NCBI GenBank assembly: GCA_043101845.1
Contig: JBICHN010000011.1
Coordinates: 756,730 to 820,729, forward strand
Reading direction: 5' to 3'
Source of the DNA: Phycisphaerales bacterium
GTDB lineage: Bacteria; Planctomycetota; Phycisphaerae; Phycisphaerales; UBA5793
Length of the DNA stretch: 64,000 nt
This document shows positions 29,304 through 38,541 of the stretch, piece after piece; positions within the stretch are counted from its first letter, which is position 1; the number at the start of each line of letters is the position of its first letter. Below the pieces are notes generated by a model. It saw only the letters and a list, made by a program, of their open reading frames with translations, was not told where the DNA came from and made no database searches. The translations under genes were made by a program, and so were the position numbers.

Positions 29304-30470
29304 TCAAACGGCCTGGAGTCGGTCGCGCAATGGTCGCATGCGCTCGATGGCCGCGTCGAGCGTCCGCTCATTCTTGCAGAACGCGAATCGAACGAGTCGC
29401 TTCCCGAGTTCTCGATTCTCGTAGAACGCGGTGGGCGGAATCGCCGCGACGCCGCACTCTTCGACGAGGTTGCGGCAGAATGCGACATCATCGTCGAATC
29501 CGAACGGCGAGTGATCCGCGAGAATGAAGTAGGTTCCCGCCGGCGGGTCGACCTGAAATCCGATCGAGCGGAGACCGTCGACGAGGAGATCGCGCTTGCG
29601 GCGGTAGGAGTCGACGAACTCGACAAAGTAGGAATCGGGCGCCGCGAGCGCCGCGGCGGCCCCGTACTGCAGCGGGGTGGCGGTGGCGAAAGTGAGGAAT
29701 TGGTGCGCGGCCCGCACCGCCTTTGTCAGGGCCGGCGACGCGATCGACCATCCGATTTTCCACCCGGTCAGCGAGAAGGTCTTGCCGAGCGAAGAAAGCG
29801 TCACCGTCCGTTCGCTCATTCCGGGCAGCGTGGCGAGGCGAATGTGCTCGCCGTCGAACACGAGATCCTCGTACACCTCATCGGTGATCGCGATGAGATC
29901 ATGTTGAATGCACTGGCGGGCGATGAACTCGAGTTCCTCGCGCGTGAAGACCTTGCCGGTCGGGTTGTGGGGCGTATTGAGCACGACGCCACGGGTTTGC
30001 GGTGAGATCGCGTCGCTGAACTCGTCGAAGTCGAACGAAAAGTCGGGCGCCCGGAGAGAAACGAAGCGAGGCGTCGCCGCGGCCATCGCGAGGCACGGAC
30101 GATACGAGTCGTAGTACGGCTCGAAGACGATGACTTCGTCTCCGGGGTTGAAGAGACCCAGCATCGACGCGGCGATCGCTTCGGTGCAACCGCTCGTCAC
30201 GGTGACTTGCGTGGTTGGATCGAGATCGCCGCCGGTTCGCGTTTGCCATCGGGCGGCGATCGCGTCGGTGAGCGCGGGAACCCCGAACATGCGGGCGTAC
30301 TGATTGTGGCCGTCGTCGATGGCGTTCTTCGCCGCGGACTTCACGAAATCCGGACCGTCGAAATCGGGAAAGCCCTGCGAGAGGTTGATCGCGTTGTGCT
30401 CGAGCGCGAGCCGCGTCATTTCGGCGAAGACGGTTGTGCCGAATGGAGCGAATCGATCGGCGACGGTCAT
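29304..30470 (-). CDS. Class I/II PLP aminotransferase (methionine/kynurenine aminotransferase YbdL-like)
   Basis: INLSQGFPDFDGPDF, NQYARMFG, VLNTPHNPTGKVF, and SLGKTFSLTGWKIGW (PLP lysine). The start ATG 30470 overlaps the rho stop (ATGA). The track ORF to 30764 would overlap rho. Confidence 0.85.
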   Translation of the reverse strand: MTVADRFAPFGTTVFAEMTRLALEHNAINLSQGFPDFDGPDFVKSAAKNAIDDGHNQYARMFGVPALTDAIAARWQTRTGGDLDPTTQVTVTSGCTEAIAASMLGLFNPGDEVIVFEPYYDSYRPCLAMAAATPRFVSLRAPDFSFDFDEFSDAISPQTRGVVLNTPHNPTGKVFTREELEFIARQCIQHDLIAITDEVYEDLVFDGEHIRLATLPGMSERTVTLSSLGKTFSLTGWKIGWSIASPALTKAVRAAHQFLTFATATPLQYGAAAALAAPDSYFVEFVDSYRRKRDLLVDGLRSIGFQVDPPAGTYFILADHSPFGFDDDVAFCRNLVEECGVAAIPPTAFYENRELGKRLVRFAFCKNERTLDAAIERMRPLRDRLQAV

Positions 30471-31606
30471 GAGTCGCCGACCATCGCCGCGTTCGTCGGG
30501 AAGCGCTGGAGCGCGGCGAGGAGCTGCTCGATCTGTTGCGGCGGAGCCATGTTGAGCAGACGGCGACGGAGCGCCGTGACGGTCGCCACTTCCTTCTCGC
30601 TCATGAGCAGATGCTCTTTGCGTGTTCCGGACGCAGCGAGGTTGATCGCCGGAAAGAGCCGCCGCTCCGCGATCGTGCGATCGAGGATGAGCTCCATGTT
30701 TCCGGTGCCCTTGAATTCCTCGAAGATGATCTGATCGGCCTGCGATCCGGTATCGACGAGGCATGACGCGATGATCGTGAGCGATCCGCCCTCTTCCGCT
30801 TTGCGGGCGGCGCCGAAGAGCTGCTTCGGCACGGCGAGCGCCTGCGCATCGAGACCGCCCGTCATCGTGCGACCCGACTTCGCGTAGGTTCTCGACGCGT
30901 TGAAGGCGCGGCCCATTCGCGTGAGAGAGTCGAGCACCACGACGACATCGCGCCCGGCTTCGAGCATGCGCTTCGCCCGCTCGATCGCGAGGATCGCGAG
31001 CGCGATGTGCTTGTCCGTATCCTGGTCATTACTTGAAGCGAGGCAGAGGCACGGCACATTCCGCTTGAAGTCGGTCACTTCTTCGGGCCGCTCGTCGATG
31101 AGCAGCGCGACGACTTCCACCTCGGGATGATTGTGTTTGACGCCATGGCAGATTTGCTGGAGCAGCGTCGTCTTCCCGGCCTTCGGCGGCGACACGACGA
31201 GACCGCGCGTTCCATAGCCAATCGGACAGAAGAGATCGATGAGCCGGTTCGCGGGAGGACAACCGGGGTATTCGAGACGCATGCGCGGCTGCGGATCGAT
31301 CGAGGTGAGGTCCTCAAACTTCCGTCGCTGGGCGTACTCCTCGGGCTCGAGTCCTTCGATGGCGAGCACCCGGTCGACCACCGGTCGGGCGGATCGGTTC
31401 CCTCCGCCGCGGCGACGGCGCCGGCGACGCGGCTTCCGCATCTGAATCTCGCAGGTCAGTTCCTGCGCGGGGCGCAGCGGATATTGATCGCCGAGAGCGA
31501 CGGGAACGACGGGGTCGTCCGCGTTCTCAACTAGTGCGCCATTGAGCTGACGCAGTCGCCCCTCGGACCGCTGGGGCCACTCGAGTATGCCCGTGACTGT
31601 CGCCAT
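30467..31606 (-). CDS. rho: Transcription termination factor Rho (short form)
   Basis: GLVVSPPKAGKTTLLQQI is the Walker A motif. Also VVALLIDERPEEVTDF, VVVLDSLTRMGRAFN, GGSLTIIASCLVDTGSQADQIIFEEFKGTGNMELILDR and RRLFPAINLAASGTRKE. An in-frame TGA lies 8 codons upstream of ATG 31606. Confidence 0.9.
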   Translation of the reverse strand: MATVTGILEWPQRSEGRLRQLNGALVENADDPVVPVALGDQYPLRPAQELTCEIQMRKPRRRRRRRGGGNRSARPVVDRVLAIEGLEPEEYAQRRKFEDLTSIDPQPRMRLEYPGCPPANRLIDLFCPIGYGTRGLVVSPPKAGKTTLLQQICHGVKHNHPEVEVVALLIDERPEEVTDFKRNVPCLCLASSNDQDTDKHIALAILAIERAKRMLEAGRDVVVVLDSLTRMGRAFNASRTYAKSGRTMTGGLDAQALAVPKQLFGAARKAEEGGSLTIIASCLVDTGSQADQIIFEEFKGTGNMELILDRTIAERRLFPAINLAASGTRKEHLLMSEKEVATVTALRRRLLNMAPPQQIEQLLAALQRFPTNAAMVGDS

Positions 31607-31760
31607 GGTGCGTTCGGTGGATCGAACTCAATCGCCTGTAATCGGCGGGCGACCCGCGAAACCGGATTCGCGGTCGCCGGGGATCCGGAGGTTCCAGATG
31701 ATGGGCCCGGCGCCTCCTCCCCTGGATCCGGGCATAGTGAAGCACGCGGCGGTGTCTTTG

Positions 31761-34700
31761 TCAACCGGATCCGGCCGGGGATGACGATTCCATTTCGACC
31801 TCGCTGGCCGCGCGATCCTCGGGTCCCGCGCTTTCATCCGGCTGGAATTCGCCGAGTTCGAGCAGCGCATCGACGGTGCCGCGAACGCGCCGGATCACGA
31901 GGCGTCGCTGCACTCCGGCGCCGCGCACCCGGCCGAGCTGGCGGAAGATTTCGATCCAGAGCGACGCTCGATCGGGCAGTTCACCGCTGCAGCGGTCGAC
32001 GAGCGATTCAACCCAACTCCGGTACTCGTACTCACTTGATCGCCAGAACGGCCAGTGACGGAGCGGTCGGAGCAAGGCGACGATCCAGGCGCCCTTCGCG
32101 CCAAGCCGCCAGGCGTTGCCGAAGGCGCCGCGGAGACCCCGGGGCGCCGTACGGGTCCAGATCCGCATGGTGATTCGATCACCGGCGGCGCGATTCGCCC
32201 GCAAACGGCGTTCCTCGGCGCGGCGACGCTCGGGACGGGTCATGGTTGTCGCGACGAAGATGGGGTCCGCGACGAGCATCGCCCGGGCCAGCTCCTGAAT
32301 GACGAGCCGGGTGATGGGGTAGTCCGTCACGGAGCGCTCCGCGGCGTAGACGGCGCGAACGCGTCGGGCGTACTCGCGGGCTTCGCGCATTCCGCCCCAG
32401 CGTTCGCAATCGATGAGTCTCGCGACGAAGCGACGCTCGGCGAGGCGCGCTGCATCGCGACGCCGCAATCCCGTGATCGCGTCGAGTGCGCCGAGCGCGA
32501 GCGACTCGAATTGCGTGGCGCGGCGTTCGGCCCGACGACCGGGCCAGCCCGCGAGGACACGACGGTGTCGGCGAATGAGCGCCTCGGGTCGGGGCGGGCG
32601 GGGTTCGTGCCGTCGACCGGGGTCGCCTCCCCAGAGCGCCAGTCCCCGCCCGATATTGAGCGCCAGTGAAGCGAGTTGATTCGAGTCGTCGCCGATGCGC
32701 AGGGCGCTACGCGTCATGCACTCGCCCGTCACGGGGATGTACCCGCGCTGAAAGGCGACCCCGAGGAGCAGCACGCCGACAATACGGCGGCTGTTTAGCA
32801 GGCGGTCGGCGCTCTCGCCGGCGCGAAGAACGATGCGCCGGGTCGGCGGGATGACGCGGTTGAGTTCGCCCGGCACCGTCACGCTTCGTCGCCAGGGCGT
32901 GGGCTCGAGGGCCGCCTCGAGCGAGGGCGAGAGATCGAGCGCGAGCGAAGTCCGCTCCGGCGAGGCGACACGGTGACCGCCGGACGGATCGATCGCCTCG
33001 CGAAGTGAATCAAGACTCAGGGCGATGATGAGATCACCGGCGCCATACGGAATCCGCGCCGTGATCGGCAACGGTGGCTCGTCCGGACGAGGTCGACTGA
33101 ACACGAGCTGCGCGAACGCGCCCGCGCGATCGGTCCCGCACAGCATCTGCACGCGGTATCCCATTCGTCGACCGGCGAACTCGAGGCAGGCGATCGCGTA
33201 CTCGAACGACACCCCGGACGGTCCGCAGACATGGACGCGCCAGAAGGCTTCGTCGCCATGTTCGACATTCGGCTCGGGGAATTCGGCTCGGGTCGCCCAG
33301 CCGGCGATCTCGGTCGGCGCGCTGCGGCGCTGGAGGCGGATCTCTTCGAACCCGTCCCAGCCGTCGAGCGGCGTGGCGAGCGGGTCTTCCGGATCAGGCA
33401 GGTCGAGCTTGGGGCCGTGTACCCCGTCGAGCCAGATGGGATCGGTCCAGCCGCGACGAATGAGCCACTCATACATGGGCGTCGCAGTGGGGGACGCGGG
33501 ACGAACCCAGGTTTCAGTGAGGGACGCGGACTCGACTTCGCCCGGGTTCGAGCGATCGATCGGTCCGGAGGGCCGACGAGGCGGTGGAGCGTCGAGAATG
33601 AGCACCGATACGTCACCGCGCAGAGTCGCTTCGCGGAGTTCGCGGACGAGATGTTCGGCGTCAGCGGAATCGAGCCTCGACACCGTCGCGCGGGTCGCTT
33701 CCGCGTCGCGGATCAGGCTGCGAACGAGGCGGTCGACTTCCGCGGTGGAAACGCCGGAGGTTGAGTCGAGCGCATCGGGCGTGATGAGAAAAGTGATCGC
33801 GAGCCGTCTTCGGATCGCGTGGGCGATCGCCGCCCGGCCGACGCTTGCGACGCGGCGGCGCTCGATTTCCACGACATACCGCTCGCCCTCGCGCTGTTCG
33901 AACGGCGCCGATTCCACGGATTCGAAGCGAAGATCAATCGGCGGTCGATCGGCGGCGGGTTGCGCAAGTTCCTCGCGCAGTTGTCGAGCGAGGAGTCGAA
34001 CGAGCGTGTGGACGAGGCCAAGGTCACGCGACGGGATCGACGGCGCCGGAAGGGCGAGCCCCATGGACGCCGACGCAAGCCGGCGCCACTTCACGAAACG
34101 CTCATCGACCGTGGTCTGGTCCCGGGTGCGTTCCTGACCGAATCGCTCGGCGATGACTCGTGCGAGTTCTGAAGGATGTGGATCGACGGCGACGAGCGCC
34201 GGCGAACCGAGTTCACGCCAGTCGACCACATGCGCCAACGACACCGCGCGGTTTCGTAGATCGTCCGCCACGGCGAAGAGCGCGTGTTCGAGTTCCGACC
34301 CGCTCGACTCGACCACGACGAGCTTCTCACAGCGTGTGAGCGCAAGTTCGAGCAGTTTCGGATCGGCGGGGTTCACCGTCGCGAATTTGAAGATCGGGTA
34401 GCGTCCGATCAGGCCGAGCATGTGCAGAGCGTGCCGCAATGCGACATGCGCGACGCCGCTCGTCACGAAGCCCAGACTCACGGTTTCGCCGGGCGCGACC
34501 GGATTGAGTTGGCGATTGAGACGCCGGCGCCTCGTTTCGTGAAGAAGGGGGGAGGCGTCGGCGTCACCCCCCGCCTCGATTCCCACGCTGATCGCCCGGT
34601 CGGCCGGGTCGAATCCTTCGAGCGGTGTCTCGGCGCTGCCAGCGAGTTGTGGCGACACGAGCACCATGGTGAGCGTGTGGGAGGCTTGTGAGAGCCGCAG

Positions 34701-35189
34701 CGCTTCGTTGATGTGGCGGGATAACTCATTCGGCTCAGATGGAAGCAGAACTGGCCACCCGAGGTACCGCGCGAGGTCGGTGAGCGCCGCGGAGTCGGTC
34801 GCGGACGGCGCGCCAGATTGAAACACGACGACGACCCCGGCGGCTCGACCGGTCATGGCCGCGGTTCGGGCGCCGTGCATGCCATCGAGCGCTTGACGCA
34901 GGCCGCGCTCGGTGAGCACCGCCACCATGCGGCGGCCGGCGATGAGTCCCGCGCGGAGAAGGCCGGCCACGACCGTGTCGGTTTCCGCGACCTCGAAGAC
35001 AATGGCGCTCTCTTCGAACGCGGCGACGCGCTCATTGAACGCCGGGAGAAGGCCGGGAGGCGGCTCGGCCCGCGAAGAGAGCACGAGGTCTACGCCGATC
35101 TCGCTCGCCAGGACGCCGTCGAGCGCGCCGCCGGCGCCGGCGGACAGGCGATGCCCCTTGCGTGATCGCGACGATCGGAGTTCGGACAT
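31761..35189 (-). CDS. Indolepyruvate/2-oxoacid:ferredoxin oxidoreductase-family-like large protein, apparently lacking cofactor motifs
   Basis: 1142 aa with the family's domain order. POR_N-like: FEVAETDTVVAGLLRAGLIAGRRMVAVLTERG. Domain II-like: LGFVTSGVAHVALRHALHMLGL...KLVVVESSGSELE. Gamma-like: VHVCGPSGVSFEYAIACLEFAGRRMGYRVQMLCGTDRAGAFAQLVF...YGAGDLIIALS. C-terminal helical region: PITRLVIQELARAMLVADP...LRGAF...LGRVRGAG. No CxGCPH or MTGGQ/GDG-N motifs are visible. Confidence 0.6.
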   Translation of the reverse strand: MSELRSSRSRKGHRLSAGAGGALDGVLASEIGVDLVLSSRAEPPPGLLPAFNERVAAFEESAIVFEVAETDTVVAGLLRAGLIAGRRMVAVLTERGLRQALDGMHGARTAAMTGRAAGVVVVFQSGAPSATDSAALTDLARYLGWPVLLPSEPNELSRHINEALRLSQASHTLTMVLVSPQLAGSAETPLEGFDPADRAISVGIEAGGDADASPLLHETRRRRLNRQLNPVAPGETVSLGFVTSGVAHVALRHALHMLGLIGRYPIFKFATVNPADPKLLELALTRCEKLVVVESSGSELEHALFAVADDLRNRAVSLAHVVDWRELGSPALVAVDPHPSELARVIAERFGQERTRDQTTVDERFVKWRRLASASMGLALPAPSIPSRDLGLVHTLVRLLARQLREELAQPAADRPPIDLRFESVESAPFEQREGERYVVEIERRRVASVGRAAIAHAIRRRLAITFLITPDALDSTSGVSTAEVDRLVRSLIRDAEATRATVSRLDSADAEHLVRELREATLRGDVSVLILDAPPPRRPSGPIDRSNPGEVESASLTETWVRPASPTATPMYEWLIRRGWTDPIWLDGVHGPKLDLPDPEDPLATPLDGWDGFEEIRLQRRSAPTEIAGWATRAEFPEPNVEHGDEAFWRVHVCGPSGVSFEYAIACLEFAGRRMGYRVQMLCGTDRAGAFAQLVFSRPRPDEPPLPITARIPYGAGDLIIALSLDSLREAIDPSGGHRVASPERTSLALDLSPSLEAALEPTPWRRSVTVPGELNRVIPPTRRIVLRAGESADRLLNSRRIVGVLLLGVAFQRGYIPVTGECMTRSALRIGDDSNQLASLALNIGRGLALWGGDPGRRHEPRPPRPEALIRRHRRVLAGWPGRRAERRATQFESLALGALDAITGLRRRDAARLAERRFVARLIDCERWGGMREAREYARRVRAVYAAERSVTDYPITRLVIQELARAMLVADPIFVATTMTRPERRRAEERRLRANRAAGDRITMRIWTRTAPRGLRGAFGNAWRLGAKGAWIVALLRPLRHWPFWRSSEYEYRSWVESLVDRCSGELPDRASLWIEIFRQLGRVRGAGVQRRLVIRRVRGTVDALLELGEFQPDESAGPEDRAASEVEMESSSPAGSG

Positions 35190-35216
35190 GGAGTCGATCG
35201 CTCCGAGGTTTGAAAA

Positions 35217-36026
35217 CTAGAACGCGAGCAAGTATTCGACGGAAAGGCTCAACGCCGTCAGCTCCCCGATGAGGACCAGGATCGACGCGACATAGAGAAT
35301 GCCGGTCGCCGACTGATTCGAGCGAATCCGCACACAGGCCAGCGCCATCCAGGTCATGACGAACGGCACGAACACGCCGACGAGGAACCGCACCGTCATG
35401 AGCATGATCGGCCACACTCCGATCGGGTCCGCAATGTCGCCCCGTTCGGAGACCGCGGGCCAGAGTCCGAACACCGCGGCGGTGAGCGCCCGCAGAGCGA
35501 GCGCGAAGAGCAGTGCGACGCAAAGTCGTTGAAAGGGAGCCTGGGTCATCTCGCCGCCGGCGGTGAGGTAGGCGTGTCCGAGCAGCATGGTCATGAGATA
35601 CCCGCCGAGGAGAGCGCTCGACATGAGGAGCCCCACGACGAGCGGAACCGTGGTGACTTCGCCTGGGGCGAAGGGTGTCAGCGTGATCGGACTCGCCGTG
35701 GACACGCCCGCCGCGATGGCGCCCGCGGAGATGACCATGACAGCCAGAATCTGGACCATGCGCTGGCCCCGACGGCTTCCGAGTTGGACGAGGATGAGAT
35801 GAAGCAGGAAGAAACCGGCGAGCACGCCGACCGACGGGAGCAGCGCCGCGGTCGCCGCCTCGTCTCCTCGTTCCATCCACGCGAGCACACCGGCGATCGG
35901 CAGGAGGCTCAGCGCGATAAGATCACCGAGTCGAAGCCAGCGAAGAGTGACCGCGTTCGACGCCGAGACCGCTTGCGTCATCGCGATTCCGAGCGCCATC
36001 AGCGTCATGACAAGTACGAATGACAT
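35217..36026 (-). CDS. Uncharacterised polytopic membrane protein
   Basis: About 8 hydrophobic helices, e.g. LLGGYLMTMLLGHAYLTAGG and IRSNQSATGILYVASILVLIGELTAL. The stop lies 28 nt upstream of the IOR-like gene on the same strand. Start set to ATG 36026, because GTG 36134 would overlap mcsA. No family recognised. Confidence 0.55.
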   Translation of the reverse strand: MSFVLVMTLMALGIAMTQAVSASNAVTLRWLRLGDLIALSLLPIAGVLAWMERGDEAATAALLPSVGVLAGFFLLHLILVQLGSRRGQRMVQILAVMVISAGAIAAGVSTASPITLTPFAPGEVTTVPLVVGLLMSSALLGGYLMTMLLGHAYLTAGGEMTQAPFQRLCVALLFALALRALTAAVFGLWPAVSERGDIADPIGVWPIMLMTVRFLVGVFVPFVMTWMALACVRIRSNQSATGILYVASILVLIGELTALSLSVEYLLAF

Positions 36027-36095
36027 TGCGGCAAGGATAGCCGGAACCGAAGTTTCGTTGCTCCCGACCCGCCGAACATCGTAAAATCTCCCGAT

Positions 36096-36623
36096 ATGAA
36101 ATGTGACCAGTGCGGCCAGGAAGCGACGGTTCACGACTTCAAGCTCGTGAGCGGGCAGTGCATCTCACAGGTGCACCTCTGTGAGGAGTGCGCGAACAAG
36201 CTCGGACTCGTCGCGTCGCCCTTCAAGTCTCTCGGCGATCTGATTCAGGAGTCGGTCAAAACCAAGGCCGGCTCCGCGCGGCCGACCCGCGCTGGAGTGT
36301 GTCCGGAATGTGGCGTGACCTGGCGGGACTTCCGGGACAAGGGATTGATGGGCTGTCCGGCCTGCTACGACGCGTTCGACGAGCAGATTGGTCCACTCAT
36401 CGAGCGGGCACATGAACGCGGGACGCACCATGTCGGCAAATGTCCGACGAGTCGTCGCGACGAGGCGGACCGCGACTATCGCATTCAACATCTCCGCGAG
36501 CAGCTCGCCCGAGCCATCTCATCGGAGCAGTATGAACGCGCCGCGTCACTTCGTGATGAACTTACGAAGCTCGGCGTGTCCATTCACGGCGGCGAGCGGG
36601 TGGAAGGGGAGGCGTCCGCATGA
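36096..36623 (+). CDS. mcsA: Protein-arginine kinase activator McsA (UvrB/UvrC-motif, zinc-finger protein)
   Basis: MKCDQCGQEATV...HLCEECANKLG and CPECGVTWRDFRDKGLMGCPACYDAF are Cys4 fingers. The UVR motif is LREQLARAISSEQYERAASLRDELTKL. It overlaps mcsB by 4 nt. Confidence 0.8.
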   Translation: MKCDQCGQEATVHDFKLVSGQCISQVHLCEECANKLGLVASPFKSLGDLIQESVKTKAGSARPTRAGVCPECGVTWRDFRDKGLMGCPACYDAFDEQIGPLIERAHERGTHHVGKCPTSRRDEADRDYRIQHLREQLARAISSEQYERAASLRDELTKLGVSIHGGERVEGEASA

Positions 36624-37675
36624 GCGGCGCCGGCATCGACTTCAACTCGCCGGGCGAGTGGCTCCGTGACTCTGGTCCCGAGCGCGATGTCGTCATCTCC
36701 ACCCGGGTCCGGCTTGCTCGCAATCTCAAGGGATTTCGATTCACGAATTCGGCGGACCGGGCTGAGCAGACCCAACTCGTGAGCCTCGCGCGGGAGCATG
36801 CGACGGCCGTCCGGCCGGGTGAATCGCTGAGCTGGATCGATCTTCTCAAGTCGCCGGGTCTGGACCGTTCACTTCTCGTCGAGCGACACCTCATTTCGAA
36901 GCAGCATGCGAAGACGAACTACCCGCGAGGGGTCATCGTGAGCGGCGACGAGTCACTCTCCATCATGGTCAACGAAGAAGATCATTACCGCATGCAGGTG
37001 ATCCGGAGCGGGCTCCAGCTGCACGAAGCATTCGGTGAGGTCGACTCGATCGACGATCGACTGGGCGATCGCGTAGAGTTCGCCTTCCACAAGCGATTCG
37101 GCTACCTCACCGCGTGCCCGACGAATGTCGGCACCGGCATCCGAGTGAGCGTGATGCTGCATCTCCCGGCGCTCACTCTTACGAATGAGATCGAGCGCGT
37201 GCGCCGTGCCGCGCGTGACATGCAACTCGCGATTCGCGGGTTCTACGGCGAGGGTTCCGACGCGCTCGGCGACTTCTACCAGATCTCGAACCAGACCACG
37301 CTCGGGAAGTCGGAAGCTGACATTCTCCGCGAATTCGAAGATCGCATCATCCCGCAGGTCATCAACTATGAGCGGCAGGCGCGTCGAATGCTTACGGAGA
37401 AGCGCGCGACACTCCTCGACGACCGCTGTTTCCGGGCCCTCGGCGTCCTCCAGAATGCCAGGATTCTCAAAGCTGACGAGTCCATGCGGTTGCTGAGTCA
37501 TGTCCGACTTGGTATCGAAACGGGGCGAATTGATTCGATCGATTCGAAGGTTGTTTGTCGCCTCTTTCTCTTCAGTCAATCGGCCCACCTGCAGAAGGCG
37601 GTCGGCCGTCGGCTCGATCAGGCGAGGCGGGCGGAGGCGCGGGCGAGTCTCATTCGCGAAGCTCTGAATCAGTGA
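36620..37675 (+). CDS. mcsB: Protein arginine kinase McsB (ATP:guanido phosphotransferase)
   Basis: ISTRVRLARNLKGFRF, NEEDHYRMQV, GYLTACPTNVGTGIRVSVMLHLPAL, IRGFYGEGSDALGDFYQISNQTTLG. Confidence 0.9.
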   Translation: MSGAGIDFNSPGEWLRDSGPERDVVISTRVRLARNLKGFRFTNSADRAEQTQLVSLAREHATAVRPGESLSWIDLLKSPGLDRSLLVERHLISKQHAKTNYPRGVIVSGDESLSIMVNEEDHYRMQVIRSGLQLHEAFGEVDSIDDRLGDRVEFAFHKRFGYLTACPTNVGTGIRVSVMLHLPALTLTNEIERVRRAARDMQLAIRGFYGEGSDALGDFYQISNQTTLGKSEADILREFEDRIIPQVINYERQARRMLTEKRATLLDDRCFRALGVLQNARILKADESMRLLSHVRLGIETGRIDSIDSKVVCRLFLFSQSAHLQKAVGRRLDQARRAEARASLIREALNQ

Positions 37676-37710
37676 CGCATGATCCTTCTGTTCGATAAGG
37701 CGATTCCGCC

Positions 37711-38541
37711 GTGCCACGACCCTCGGTCACCGCTCCATTCATAGACGGCGTCAACACGCTCCGATTTCTGCAGCTCTTCCGGGTCACCGGCGCGACCACC
37801 TGCCAACTCTTCACGCGACCGCAGAATGCGGTCGAGATCGACCACGCGAGAGAAATTGTGGAGCAGGCCGGCTACGCATTCGACTCGATTCATGGCCGCT
37901 ACGGGGAAGAGTTCGATCTCTCCTCTCCGGATAAGACGGTGCGCGCCACCGCCGTGCGGGAGTTCGAGCATGACGGTGAACTTGCCGCGTCGCTCGACGG
38001 TCCGATGGTCGTAGTGCACCCGTCGCCGCGTGTGGACGACTCACGCTGGACCGCCGAAGCGGAGACCCGGCGGAAATCATTCGAGCGGTCGCTCGAGGAT
38101 CTCGCGGGAATCGGTGAAGAGGTGGGCGTCGTCTTTCTGATCGAGAATCTTCCGCCCGGATACGGGGTCGGCTCCTCGGCGCTCGAAGTCGGACAGGCCG
38201 TCCGGCGGGTCGGATCCGCGGGTGTGCGCATGTGCTTCGACCTCGGTCACGCGAACATGACGGCGAATCAGGATGGCGCCGTGGCCGATCAACTCGCCGA
38301 ATGTCTCGATGTCGTAAGCTATCTGCACATCCACGACAATGAGGGTCGGGAAGACGATCATCGATTCCCCGGCGACGGCTCGATCGACTGGACGAGCGTG
38401 CGGTCGACCCTGGCGGCGGCGCCGCCCGATCTCATCGGCATGATCGAACTCTTCTGCTCCGAGGATGTCGCAGCGCGACGACTTTCCGAAGGCGCCTTGA
38501 TAGTGCTCTCGGATCTCTTCCGTCAGCCTCCGTCGTCGTAG
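37711..38541 (+). CDS. Sugar phosphate isomerase/epimerase (xylose isomerase-like TIM barrel)
   Basis: MVVVHPS, VVFLIENLPP, RMCFDLGHANM, YLHIHDNEGREDDHRFPGDGSIDW. GTG start as in the track; the start is uncertain. Confidence 0.8.
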   Translation: MPRPSVTAPFIDGVNTLRFLQLFRVTGATTCQLFTRPQNAVEIDHAREIVEQAGYAFDSIHGRYGEEFDLSSPDKTVRATAVREFEHDGELAASLDGPMVVVHPSPRVDDSRWTAEAETRRKSFERSLEDLAGIGEEVGVVFLIENLPPGYGVGSSALEVGQAVRRVGSAGVRMCFDLGHANMTANQDGAVADQLAECLDVVSYLHIHDNEGREDDHRFPGDGSIDWTSVRSTLAAAPPDLIGMIELFCSEDVAARRLSEGALIVLSDLFRQPPSS

